Assembly (NCBI GenBank): GCA_013115145.1
Contig: JAAPAO010000398.1
Span: 1 to 33,209 of the forward strand
From: Perkinsus chesapeaki ATCC PRA-425
Taxonomy: Eukaryota; Protista; Perkinsozoa
Length of the DNA stretch: 33,209 nt
Reading direction: 5' to 3'
Position 1 is the stretch's first letter. Each line of letters starts with the position of its first letter. Position numbers and translations under genes: made by a program. Below, in pieces: positions 33,057 through 33,209 of the stretch. Below the pieces are notes generated by a model. The model was given only the letters and a program-made list of their open reading frames with translations. It had not been told where the DNA came from and ran no database searches.

Positions 33057-33209
33057 TGAGATAAGGGTGATGAACTAACATGAATCAATAATTTGTCAAG
33101 GAGTTTTCGTCCGGTGGACTGTCACCATCGCAACCCCGTAGCGCCTGGATTTTACCAAACCCGAATTTAACCAATAAAAGACCGCGCGCCAATATAATCG
33201 ATAAAAAGG

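Noticed and set aside
1-33209. CRISPR arrays, rRNA and prokaryotic operons or terminators
   Set aside because: Eukaryotic spliced DNA with no repeat-spacer arrays or rRNA-like segments.

Overview
This is eukaryotic, intron-rich nuclear DNA, mostly with 43-60 nt GT-AG introns plus a few of 300-1000 nt. The gene content (Cys-rich secreted proteins, an intronless subtilisin, a GK-rich uS5 tail) points to an alveolate, most likely Perkinsus; that assignment is inference. Genes spliced by hand, in order: Gfo/Idh/MocA oxidoreductase, PP4 catalytic subunit, three Cys-rich secreted-protein genes, two paralogous acidic secreted-protein genes, a PDI-family protein, an unknown protein with a duplicated HRDLVT motif, RPS2, mitochondrial-type TypA/BipA, a subtilisin broken by a deletion and frameshift, and a nucleoplasmin-like FKBP. 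Two unusual structures stand out. (1) Four of the 11 introns of one secreted-protein gene (15363-16212) carry degenerate tRNA sequences in antisense orientation, with their 3' ends at the 5' splice site. (2) A 3.49 kb palindromic unit (9559-13048) has 704 bp inverted arms that each carry a whole secreted-protein gene, a third secreted gene in the spacer, and an 11 bp direct repeat just outside both ends that resembles a target-site duplication. All exon boundaries were inferred by eye and no searches were run.
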